64,000 nucleotides of DNA from Felis catus (Eukaryota). Where the stretch lies: NCBI RefSeq assembly GCF_018350175.1, contig NC_058383.1:4962001-5026000 (forward strand), read 5' to 3'. The first letter of the stretch is position 1, and the number at the start of each line of letters is the position of its first letter. Both the position numbers and the translations under genes were made by a program. Below the pieces are notes generated by a model. It saw only the letters and a list, made by a program, of their open reading frames with translations, ran no database searches and was not told the origin of the DNA. Below are positions 42,357 through 55,400 of the stretch, piece by piece.

Positions 42357-45300
42357 GCTCCACTCAGGCTTCAGTTCCTGGCAAGGGGGCTGGTATTCTC
42401 ATCAGTAAGGTTTGGTCACCTACCTGCCTGTTGGGGAAAAGGGAGTCCATCCTGTGACTCACAGCCCACCGGAAGCACAAGGAATGGGTTAGAGGAAGTC
42501 CTCCTGAAAGAGGGAAGTTGTGGCTGGTCAGGGAAAATGAAAAGATACCATTGTATTCATTAGGATTAGTTTCAGTGAGAATGACAGAGACCTGAAGTGA
42601 CAGCAGTTCAGACAAGATCAAGGTTTATGCCACTGGTATGTAAAAATCCAGGGGTGCCTGGGTGGCTTAGTCAGCTAAGCGTCCAACTTCGGCTCAGGTT
42701 ATGATCTCTCGAGGTCCGCGAGTTCGAGCCCTGTGCTGGGCTTTGTGCTGACAGCTCGGATTCTGGGTCTCCCTCTCTTTCTGACCCTCCCCCACTCACG
42801 TTCTCGGTCTCTCTCAAAAATAAACATTAAAAAAAATTTTGTTTTTAAATCCAGAGGTGAGTAATTCAGGCCGGTATGTTCCTCTTATCTATGAAGCCTG
42901 AAGGTCCAGCTCCTTCCTCACGTACCAAGGTGGAGCTCAAGCCAGCACATGAGTTCCAAGAAGATGGGGAAACAGGGAGGCAAGGGTGGGGTGGAGTGTG
43001 AATGAAGGGTCTCTTCAGGGTGATCCCGGGAAGCTCCCTCGCTTCTTTTTTTTTGTTTGTTTTTTATTTTTCAACGTTTATTTATTTTTGGGACAGAGAG
43101 AGACAGAGCTTGAATGGGGGAGGGGCAGAGAGAGAGGGAGACACAGAATCGGAAACAGGCTCCAGGCTCTGAGCCATCAGCCCAGAGCCCGACACGGGGC
43201 TCGAACTCACGGACCACGAGATCGTGACCTGGCTGAAGTCAGACGCTTAACCGACTGCGCCACCCAGGCGCCCCAACTCCCTCACTTCTTACACCCCATC
43301 TGCCAGAACTCAGTCACATGACCACACAAAGCCACTGTGCGGGCTGGGAGATACAGGCCTTGCTAAAAAAAAAAAATCTATTCCCCCTCAGGAAGAGAAG
43401 AGTGGGTCCTACAGGACAATTGTCAGGTCCTGCCCCCATGCACCGTGTGCCATCTGGCTGTCCGGCACTCACACACATATATCTTTCCACACATGAAATA
43501 TTTTTAGATGCTCTCACCCACCATAATGTAACCATCACAATCTCATACTCAACCAAGAACACCCTCACCCATCTTGGGGAGGGAAACACAGAATCCAGTC
43601 CAGGTATGGCGAAGGCCCCAATTCCAGGACCTCTGGGATGTGCCCTCTGCCTTCAGTCCTATCTCAAGTTCTGCAGTCTGTGGGCCAAACAGAAGTACAA
43701 CCACCACCAACTCATATAGAATAACAAGAAGCAGGAGGAGGAAAGAGATGTCACAGATTCTAAACAATGATACAGCAAGCGAGGAAATGCAGCCAGACAC
43801 TATCCACAGCCTCCATTTCCACAAGGAACAAGCCTGTAACTGACATCTTTCACTTCCCCTTTCACTACCCTTGCTGACATCCCCTTGCCTTTGGCCAGCA
43901 TCAAAGTCAGTCAGTCCGTTAGAGTCTTTGTTCAAAGCTTCTGTTCCTGAAAAATCTTAGCCCTTGGTAATCCAGCCTGTGAAGGGATTCTGCCATGTTT
44001 TTAAACCTTTGTCCTTGATGTATGAGTTATCTCTTGCTAGGTAGCAAATCACTCCCAAACTTGGGGCATCTGGGTGGCTCAGTCGGTGGGGTGTCCAACT
44101 GTTGGCTCTGGCTCAGGTCATGATCTCATGGTTCATGAGTTCGAGCCCTACATTGGGCTCTGTACTGCTGGTGCCAAACCTGCTTGGGATTCTCTCTCTC
44201 CCTCTCCCTCTGCCCCTCCCCTGCATTCTCTCTCTTTCTCTCTCTCTCTCTCTCAAAATAAATAAACTTGAAAAAATCACTTGTAAGCTTAAAATACTTC
44301 AAACAATAGACAGCAAGCAGGGTCCTGTGGAATGATGATGGCCACTCCTACATTCATTATCCTGTGGAGCTGGGGGCGCCCCACAGACACACACTGTAAG
44401 TGGTACAGTGGGAGAGTATTCAATTAGCATGCAGGTAGAAACATCAATAGCCTATTCAATGTTGACTTCTTTTGTCTTCAAGCAGTACTCAAAAAAAGGC
44501 ATCACAGGGACACTTACCTTGGTCAAAACTAAAAATTTGAAATGAGACTATGGAGAACCACTATATTGATACCTAAAAAATAATTTGCAATTTGCGTTAT
44601 GCTTAGCTTTTTGTTAAGCTGTATAAAACTTTAAGCATTCCACAGACACTAAATAAATTTTGCAGTTTATTTCATGACAGTTAACATCAAGGAGAATAAT
44701 CTGGATTTACCTAGATGACCCATGACTTTTGAAAGTTTATTTATTTGAGAGAGAGAGAGAGAGAGCCCAAGAGTGCATGGGGGTGAGACAGAGAGAGGGA
44801 GACAATGAGAATCCCAAGCAGTCTCCATACTGTCAGCACGGAGCCCAATGCAGGGCTTGAACCCATGAACCCACCTGTGAGATCATGACCTGAGCCAAAA
44901 CGAAAAGTCAGATGCTTAACTGACTGAGCCACCCGGGCGCCCTGTTCCATGATTTTTAAATGTCATGCTTTTGATTCTGACACATCCTTGGAGTGATCAT
45001 TCACTTAAAAAATATTTATTGTCTGTCCGCTATGTCTCATGAACATTAGTTTTGTTAACTGATGCTGATAACAATGAAAGACACTTGAAAACTTTTGACA
45101 TTTTGTAGTTTAACAGAAACATTATATTTATTGTCTTTGGGTTTTATTTTTATTTTAACTCCTTAGTAAAGATACTTTCAAACATACAGAAAAATAGAGG
45201 AGCCTGACAAACTCTTAGGCACCTATAGCCCAACACCGATCATAATAAATATGAGGCTAGTTTTATGTCACCTTTCTCCTCATTCTCCACACTGGCATAC

Positions 45301-45399
45301 TTTTCTTCTTTTTTTTTCCTCCTCCTCCTCCTTCTTCTTCTTCTTCTTTTTTTTTTTTAGAGAGAGAGAGTGAGTGGGTTGAGGGGCAGAGGGAGAGAC

Positions 45400-45446
<47 letters not shown>

Positions 45447-46435
45447 ATCTTAAGCAGACTCCTTGCCCAGCATGGAGCCGGACAAGGGGCTAAATCCCAT
45501 GACCCTGGGACCACGACCTGAGCAGAAATCAAGAGTTGGGCGCTCGACCGACTGAGCCACCCAGGTGCCTCTACACCGAAGTAGTTTAAAGCAAATTCCC
45601 TTCATCATAAGATTTTATTCATAATTACTTTAGGTTGAATCTCTAAGAGAAAGACTTAATAAAATAGCTATAAAGATATTAGCACCCTAAACACAATAAT
45701 TCTTTAATATCAGATATGCCTAACTCATGGCCAGTTTTCTCGGATCATCTCAAAAATAATTTTTAAATATGGAAAATGTTAAATGTATGCAAAAGCAGAC
45801 AGAGTAGCAGAGTACATGTCCATATATACAGCACCTGATTTAGCAATGATCAATTTTATGGGTCATTTTGGGTCATCCATACCCACTCTCACTATTTGGA
45901 ATCAAGTTATATGACATTTGTGAGTATTTTAGTATGTATTTTTAAAGTACAAACTTTTGGGGCACCTGGGTGTCTCAGTCAGTTAAGCAACTGACTCTTG
46001 GTTTCAGCTCAGGTCATGATCTCACAGTTCGTGGGATTGAGCCCCATGTTGGGCCCTGCACTGACAGTGAGGAGCCTGCTTGGGATTCTCCCTCTCCCTG
46101 TCTTTGCCCCTCCCCACTTGCTCTTTCTTTCGAAACAAACAAACCTTAAAAAATATAAATTTTTAATAAATTTAACCATAACTCCATTATTAACCTTAAA
46201 AAATAATAATTCCTTAACATTATCAAATTTTCCCAATGTCCCTCTTAATTTTTTTTTTACAGTTGACTTTTTGAAAATAAAATCCGTATGTTGGATTTGT
46301 AGATAGAAGTCTCTCAAGTGTGTTTTCAGATTTCAAAGTTTCCCTTTAATTCTTTTTTAAGTATCTTTTTTGTAAATGTTACAATCTTGATGTTTCTGGC
46401 TGCATCATTGCAGACATTTAATATGTTCCTCTGGA

Positions 46436-46658
46436 GGGGCGCCTGGGTGGCGCAGTCAGTTAAGCGTCCGACTTCAGCCAGGTCACGATCTCGCGGTCCG
46501 TGAGTTCGAGTCCCGCGTCAAGCTCTGGGCTGATGGCTCAGAGCCTGGAGCCTGTTTCCGATTCTGTGTCTCCCTCTCTCTCTGCCCCTCCCCCGTTCAT
46601 GCTCTGTCTCTCGCTGTCCCAAAAATAAATAAACGTTGAAAAAAAATAAAAAAAAAAA
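46436..46658 (+). mobile_element. Young felid SINEC_Fc (GGCGCAGTC / CAGCCAGGTCACG variant)
   Basis: CpG-rich near-consensus copy with TSD TAATATGTTC(C/T)TCTGG. The same subfamily occurs on minus at ~36430-36646, 43049-43274 and ~52775-52996. Confidence 0.9.
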
Positions 46659-47054
46659 TAATATGTTCTTCTGGTAATTAGGTCTAGAGGCTTAATGGAT
46701 TCAGATTCCATTCTTTTTTCCAATGTATTTCCTCAGGAGTCACATGTCTGGTGGTTTCTTTTTGTGATGTTAACACTCATCAATGGTTAGTTGTTAGATT
46801 CATTAATTATTAAGGGCTATAAAATGGTGATACTCTGATTCTAACATTCCTGTTTTACTTATTAGCAGGGGCCCCTCAATAAAGAGAAATATACCCTTAA
46901 GTATTTACCCTGAAGTTCAGTTTATACAGAGGAAGTAGGATAAATGCTCTACTCTTTCACTTCATTTACTAGTTCACAAAAAATGAATTTGTCTCCAAGC
47001 ACTTTCCAAAGGTAACCAGTGAGATTGGTTTTGGTTTTGTTATTGTTGTTAGGT

Positions 47055-48401
47055 ACTGAATTGGGTTGAGTAGTGTTCCAAAAAGATTCCTGTCCACCTG
47101 GAACCTCAGAATGAGAACTCGTTTGGAAATAGGGTCTTTGTACACAGAATTAGTTGAGATCAAGTATACAGTGGCCCCAAATCCAATGATTGGTGTCCTT
47201 ACAAGAGGACACACAGATAGACAGAGAAGGCAGCCCAGTGAAGAAAGAGGCAGAGATTGGAGTGATGCAGCTTCAAGTTGAGGGGCGCCAAGGATTGCTA
47301 CAACCGCTAGAAGCTGGAAAAGCAAGGAAGAATTCTTCCCAGGCACCTTCAGAGGGGTTGTGGTCAGGACAACAGTTTGCTTTTGTTTTTTAATTATTAC
47401 CATTTTTAGGGGGCACCTGGGTGGCTCAGTTGGCTAAGTGTCTGACTTGGTTTTGGCTCCAGTCCTGATCTCACAGTCTATGAGTTCAAGCCCCACGTTG
47501 CCTGCCTAGGATCCTGTCTCTCACTCTTTCTCTGCCCCCTCCCCTGCTCTCTTGTACTTTATCAAAATAAATATTAATTACTATCATTTTTAATGTTATT
47601 TATTTTACTTTTTAATTTTTTATTAAAAGTTTTTTTTTTTTTTTTTTTTTTACAGTTTATTTATTTTGAGAGAGAGCATGCAAGCAGGGGAGGGGCAGAA
47701 AAAGAGGGAGCAAGAGAGAATCCCAAGCAGCTTCCACACTGTCAGCGCAGAGCCCCACATAGGGCTCAGTCCCAAAAACTGTGAGAGTATGACCTGAGCC
47801 AAAATCAAGAGTTGGACAATCAACCAACTGAGCCACCCAGGTGCCTCTATTATTTTATTTTTTAAAAGACTGTGTTTTTAAGTAATCTTTAAACCAAACG
47901 TGGGGCTCAAACTCACAACTCTGAGATCAAGAGTCCCATGCGCCACTGACTGAGCCAGTCAGGTGCCCCTATTTTTTATTTATTTATTTATTTTTAGTTT
48001 TCTCTTTGAGAGACTGAGAGAGAGTGTGCACGTGAGCTGGAGAGAGGGAGAGAGAGAGAGAGAGAGAGAGAATCCCAAGCAGACTCTATGCTTAGCATGG
48101 AGCCCCACACAGGACTCAATCCCACCACTCTAGGATTGTGACCTGAGCTGAAATCAAGAGTAGGACACTCAACTGAGTAACTCAAGCGCCTCTTTATTTT
48201 TTAAGTAAACTCTATGCCACGCATGGGGCTCAAACTCACAACCCTGAGATCAAGAGTCACATGTTCTACCAGCTGAGCCACCCAGGGACCCTAGCACCTT
48301 GATTTTGGGCTTGTAGCCTCCAGAACTGCGAGAAAATAAACTTCTGTTGTTTTAAGCTGGTTTGTGTTAATTCATTAGGGCAGCCCAAGGAAATTAATAC
48401 A
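47055..48401 (+). mobile_element. MLT1 (MaLR) solo LTR split by stacked SINEs
   Basis: GGAACCTCAGAATG...TTTGGAAATAGGGTCTTTG 5' half and CCTCCAGAACTGCGAGAAAATAAAC...AATACA 3' end. Confidence 0.75.
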
Positions 48402-50189
48402 AATACCATAATGAACTCAGAGATTGCCTGTATTTGGTATGTTTCATACTATTGTAGTTATTACCTTTACTGGTGCTTAGATTATCCCATTGAACCTTTT
48501 TAAATTGGCTTGTAACTCTTTCTGACAGAACCCTAGTGGTCTGTGAAAGCTTCCTTGATGTCTGGTGTGACAGGAAGTTCTAGGCTCATCTCGTCTGTAC
48601 ACTGTCTGCCCCAAACTGGGAATCTAGCTTTTAATGCGAAAACATATTCAGAGACTCCAAGCTGGGGACTAGAGACACTCATTGCTACTAGGTTGGTCAC
48701 TCACTATTCCTTGGCCTTTTCAGGAAGTGAAGCTAGGAAACACACACACACTCACATTTTTACAATAAAGACACCTGAGTTCGTGCCACACCTCTGATTC
48801 AAAATCAGGACTACAGTGTTTTTACTGAAACTCATCAAGCTTATGAGGACAATTCATTTCTCCCATACAAAAATTCCTTGTTCTCAATAACACCAGTATA
48901 ATTACTCATTACAGAACAAACACACAGCGGTTTCAGAATAACAATACAAACGGCACCATCAACAGTATGATTACTGAAAGTGATTTAGGAGCTTATTAGC
49001 AGTTTGTTACTTTTTTGGTACAAATTGTAGCCATGGCATTTCTTGGAATGGTTCCTCTCTGTGTTGTGCCACCAACTGGATATACAGGCTCATTGATTTC
49101 ATTTTGCTTTCGAGCATTAGGGATTTTTAAAGAATTTTAACTTTGTTTTATAATTGTATAAAATATGTACCTGGTTCCAAACTCAAATTCTACAAAATGA
49201 GGTATGTTCAGGGAAGTACAGCTTTAATCTTCACCCTTTACCCTATCCTTTCCCTCTCGGTAAAGGTAAGCACTTTAAAACAAATGTATGGTTTATCCTT
49301 TTATTTAAAGAATAAACAAAAGAAAAAATAAAAGATCCCCCAAACCCCACATACATGTATATACGTGTAAATATGTATAGGGGCACCTGGGTGGCTCAGT
49401 TGGTTAAGCATCTGACTTTCGATCTCAGCTCAGGTCACGATCTCCCGGTTTGTGAGTTCGAGACCCACGTCAGGCTCTGTGCTGATGGCAAAGAGTCTGC
49501 TTGGGATTCTGTTTCTCCCTCTCTCTCAAAGTAAGTAAACTTAAATAAATATGTATATACATCCATCCATATATACATACATGAATATGGGTATAAATGC
49601 ACATATAATGTGTATTTTTATACACACATAGGTTTGTGTGCATGCATGTACGCACACACACATCTATATACACTTTTGTCTTTTTTTTTTTTTTTTTAAC
49701 CTAAGAATGAGTGTAGGGGATGGGGCACCTGGGTGGCTCAGTTGATTAAGTGTCCAACTCTTGATTTTGGCTCAGGTCATGATCTCACAGTTGGTGAGAT
49801 CGAACCCCATGTAGGGTTCCATGCTGACAGCCCAGAGCCTGCTGGGGATTCTCTCTCTCCCCCTCTCTCTAGATGAATAAACTCTTAAAAAAATTTTTTT
49901 TAACGTTTATTTATTATTGAGATACAGAGAGAGACAGAGCATGAGCATGGGAGAGGCAGAGAGACGGGGAGACACAGAATCTGAAGCAGGCTGTCAGCCT
50001 GAGCTGTCAGCACAGAGCCCAATGCGGGGCTCGAACTCACAAACCATGATATCATGACCTGAGCGAAGTCGGACGCTTAACTGACTGAGCCACCCAGGCG
50101 CCCCAAAGAATAAACACTTAAAAAAAAAAAAGTAAAATGAAAAAAAAGAAAAAATAAAAAGAAATAAAAAAGGAAATAAATAGAATGAC

Positions 50190-50499
50190 TCCATACCAGC
50201 ACCTTGTCATTGATTCACATTGACCTTAATCTGTTGAAATAATGTTGCGTACCTGGAAAGGGCCCTTCAGTAAGAGAGAGGAAACTTGACATTTCTCACA
50301 GTGGCAACTGAGCTCTCCTACTTAAATCCATCCCACCCTTTCAAGTCTCCATGGGAGTCAGCAAAGAAATATAAGTTATTTCTGACCAACATTCTGGATC
50401 ATCGTGTCCATCCTCTATTCCAGCAATGTAATCTAGGTGTTTCATTTTTGGGTTGCTTGGATCCATAGTTAAACATTATCATTGTAATGATTTTTTTGG

Positions 50500-50544
<45 letters not shown>

Positions 50545-52255
50545 ATTTTGTATTTTTTCATTTCTTTACTTTTTATTGCATTGAAACCTCAAAATTGGAA
50601 CTTTTTTTTAATTTTTTTTAATGTTTATTTATTTTTGAGACAGAGAGAGACAGAGCGTGAACAGGGGAGGGGCAGAGAGAGAGGGAGACACAGAATCTGA
50701 AACAGGCTCCAGGCTCTGGGCCGTCAGCACAGAGCCCGACACGGGGCTCGAACTCACAGACCGTGAGATCATGACCTGAGCCGAAGTCGGACGCTTAACC
50801 GATTGAGCCACCCAGGTGCCCCAGGAACTTTTTTATTTTTAAAATTTGTTCATTTATTTTGAGAAAAAGAGAGCACAAGCAGGGGTAGGGCAGAGTAAGA
50901 GGGAGAGAGAATCCTTTCTCTGATTATGGGGCTCGAACTCATGAACTGTGAGATCATGATCTGAGCTGAAATCAAGAGTTGGACACTTAACCAACTGAGC
51001 CACCAGGCGTCCCTCTTTTTGCAAATAACCTCTGTCCCCAACGTGGGCTCAAACTCAGGACTCCCAAGGTCAAGAGTGGCATGGTCTGCCAACTGAACCA
51101 GCCAGGTGCCACTAATTATGATTATTAATGGCTCCACTAGGCTTGTACTGTAAGGACTCCAGGGACCTAAGCATGGAAATAACTACGACTTTCTGGGTGC
51201 CCTCTATCTGCCTAGGACTGTGCTGGATGCTATGCACACTTGCTCTCATTTATTTCTCACAAATACCCTGTAGGATGGGTGCCCTTCTCCTCATTGTACA
51301 GAACCAGGTCACAGAGCTCCAAGAAGCTGCTGAATGTGGAACTCTGCCTCCCTGTGCTTTTCCCATCAGGTGAAGCTGGAAAGAAAAAAAGCCTACTATT
51401 TCCCTCACCTGAGCCTGCGCACTCACAGCAGGAGAGAAGGTTGTAGGCGAATCACTTGGATCCTGTTGATCAAGTGTGAATAAAATTATTTTCCTATTTG
51501 TGTCAGTGTCTTTTCTCCTACCTGCTTTCATAACCTTTATGAACCTCTGTGGAAATACTTTTCACACTGACTTATAATTAATTCTGCCTGTTTCTCAACT
51601 TATAATTAGCAGAATGTCTTCCCAGAGATGCCAGAAAATGGGGGCTGAGTTAAATGCTAAAGCAGGAGGCTAGGCTAATTTACCAGCCTGCTCTATAGCT
51701 TAGAACTAGTTAACCTTGATATACATTAAACCTCAAATCTTGTTAGTGTTCCTTCGTGTTCTCTTTGACCTCCCATTTTGTTTAATCACTGAAGGCTTTT
51801 TACCTTGCTCAGGGTGGTTTTGTGTTAATTCTGTTGGCCATTGCTTATGGCAACTGGATGCCTTGTTAAAAATGCCTTCTTGCCTCAAAGGCATTTAAAG
51901 AAACGAATAACCAAGGAGGATATACATATATATATATATCTCACATCCCTGCAGCCCATCTGGTCTTTCAACATACTTCTAATAAACAGGACTGCCAAAT
52001 CTCCACCCAGTGAAAATCTTTACAGGCCTAAGAATAAATTCAGCTGATCTCCAAACCTGTTCACACATTGTCAGATTGATTTTGTAATTTCGGCAAATTT
52101 TCCACTGAAGACTCTAGCCTTTAAAATCTTTAAATTGTTTTCTAAATACTGTGCAAAGAAGTGTTCATTTTGCTTTTTGGGGAAGGGTAGCTTGAATGAT
52201 GATGATAATTCAGCACCATGTTTTCTGCATCCTCAGAGATAGCATCCACTGAGCG
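50190..52255 (-). pseudogene. Putative highly decayed leucine-rich-repeat gene fossil
   Basis: Successive frameshifted LRR-like peptides (YLENNLKILKARVF, NLPKLQ-INLTMC, NRINT...KAFSD*TK, LD-NRIQVI-PTTFSP, LRSLESLQY, MDLSR) downstream of a TTTTTTTCTTTCAG acceptor. Confidence 0.55.
50504..50540. repeat. (TA)n microsatellite
   Basis: About 18 perfect TA units. Confidence 0.95.
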
Positions 52256-53982
52256 CTGAAAGAAAAAAATAGCTTACCAAAAAAAAAAAAAAAAAAAAAA
52301 GGGAAGTGAGCTTTTTATGGCAGCAATAAATGTGGCAAAAAATAATGTTGCAAAAATAAGGGAAACTAAAGATTTGTGCAAAGACTTTAAAAAATATTAT
52401 TTTAATAATAATAAAACTAGCCCAAACCCAAAAACCCTGAAATACTTACTTAAAATGGTCTTGGCCTGAAACACAATGGATAGTAAATATAAGATTACGA
52501 GCATCAAAAAGTACAATTAAAAAAAATATTTTTACTTTTAAATAATCTCTGCACCCAACCTGGGGCTCAAATTCATGACCTTGAGATCAAGAATTGCATG
52601 CTCCACTAACTGAGCCAACCAGTCACCGCCCCCCAAAAAGTACTATCTTTACACAGTAGACATTTAAAGAAAAATGGTAGTGCTAAATAACAGTCATAAA
52701 GACAATACTAGAAATGATTTATAACCTATTTTTAACCTTCTTTGTATTACAGATGAGTAAAATGAAAAAAAATTTTTTTAAATTTTTTTTTTCAACTTTT
52801 ATTTATTTTTGGGACAGAGAGAGACAGAGCATGAACGGGGGAGGGGCACAGAGAGAGGGAGACACAGAATCGGAAACAGGCTCCAGGCTCTGAGCCATCA
52901 GCCCAGAGCCTGACGCGGGGCTCGAACTCACGGACCGCGAGATCGTGACCTGGCTGAAGTCGGACGCTTAACCGACTGCGCCACCTAGGTGCCCCTGAAA
53001 AATTTTTTAAAAATGATTTTGAACGTGAATTTATTTCAGGGAAGAGAATTTTTAAAAAAATAATTTTTCATGTTTATTTATTTTTGAGAGAGAGAGAGAG
53101 AGAGAGCATGAACAGGGGAAAGGGCAGAGAGGGCAACACAGATTCTGAAGCAGGCTTCAGGCTCTGAGCTGTCAGCACAGAGCCCAACATAGGGCTCCAA
53201 CTCACCAATTGTGAGATCATGACATGAGCTGAAGTTGGACACTTAACCAACTGAGCCACCCAGGTGCCCCTCAGGGTAGAAAATTTTTAAGTGACTTCTA
53301 TAAATGATTACTATTGCAAACCCATTTTGGGGCAAAGCAATTTTGCATTTAAATCTATTTTCAAAAAAAAAAATCTATTTCACACTGTTGCTTTCTAATT
53401 TTCTTAGAGGGCTAAAGGCTTGCTTTTAATTTTTTTTCAATGTTTTATTATTTATTTTTGAGAGAGAGACGGAGCATGGGTGGTGGGGGGGGCAGATGGA
53501 GAGGGAAACACACAATCTGAAGCAGCTCCAGGCTCTGAGCTGTCAGCACAGAGCCCGACGCCTGGGCCCGACGCCAAAGCTCGAACTCACCACGAGATCA
53601 TCACCTGAGCCAAGGTCAGACGCTTAACCGACTGAGCCACCCAGGCACCCCAAGGCTTGCTTTTAATTTCATCAGTGCAACTCGTTTTTTCCTCACCTGT
53701 ACCAAATTCCCAGACTTTCATTGGTAGCAAGAAGTAATGACATGAAATACTTTGTCTGAAACTAGAAATAAAGCATCTACCTTCACACCATGAAAATCTT
53801 TGATAGAAGCCTATATGCTGAAGTATGAATGTAAAAACTCACTGTCAAGAAAACAAAACACCCTGAACCAGAATACTAGAAGTTTTGTAAGTTTCAATAT
53901 TATTACTTTTTTATATTAGGGGCTTAATTCATATCATAATTATTAAAAATCAAAATTAAAAAAAATAATGTTTATTTATTTT

Positions 53983-54035
<53 letters not shown>

Positions 54036-54613
54036 CAGAGTGCAAGCAAGGGAGGAGCCGAGAGAGAGGAAGACACAGAATCCGAAGCTGACTCCGAGCT
54101 ATCAGCACACACCCAGATGCAGGGCGCGAACCCACAAACCCTGAGATCATGACCTGAGCCGAAGTGAGACGCTCATCCGACCGAGCCACCGAGGCGCCCC
54201 TAAAGATTAAATTTTAAGGGCTCCTGGGTGGCTCAGGGCATCCGACTCTTAATTTTGGTTCAGATCATGATCTCACGGTTGGCGAGATGGAGCTCCACGA
54301 TGGGCTCTGTGCTGGCAGCGTGGAGTCTGCTTGGGATTCTCGGTCTCCCTCTCTCTCTGCCCCTCCCCCCCCACTCTCTCAAAATAAATAAATAAACATT
54401 TAAAACAAGAAAAAAAGATTAAATTTTACATCAGTTAACGTTGAACAACAATGGCTGGAGTCCTGAAACAATCTAAGCGGGGAGCATGTTCTGCCCCTCA
54501 GGCCCTTTTTACAATTGCGGTTAGACATGCATTACATAAAACTTACTATTTTAACAATTTTTAAGTGTACAGTTCCGCAGGACTCAGAAGACTGACACTG
54601 TACAACTCTTTAA

Positions 54614-55400
<787 letters not shown>

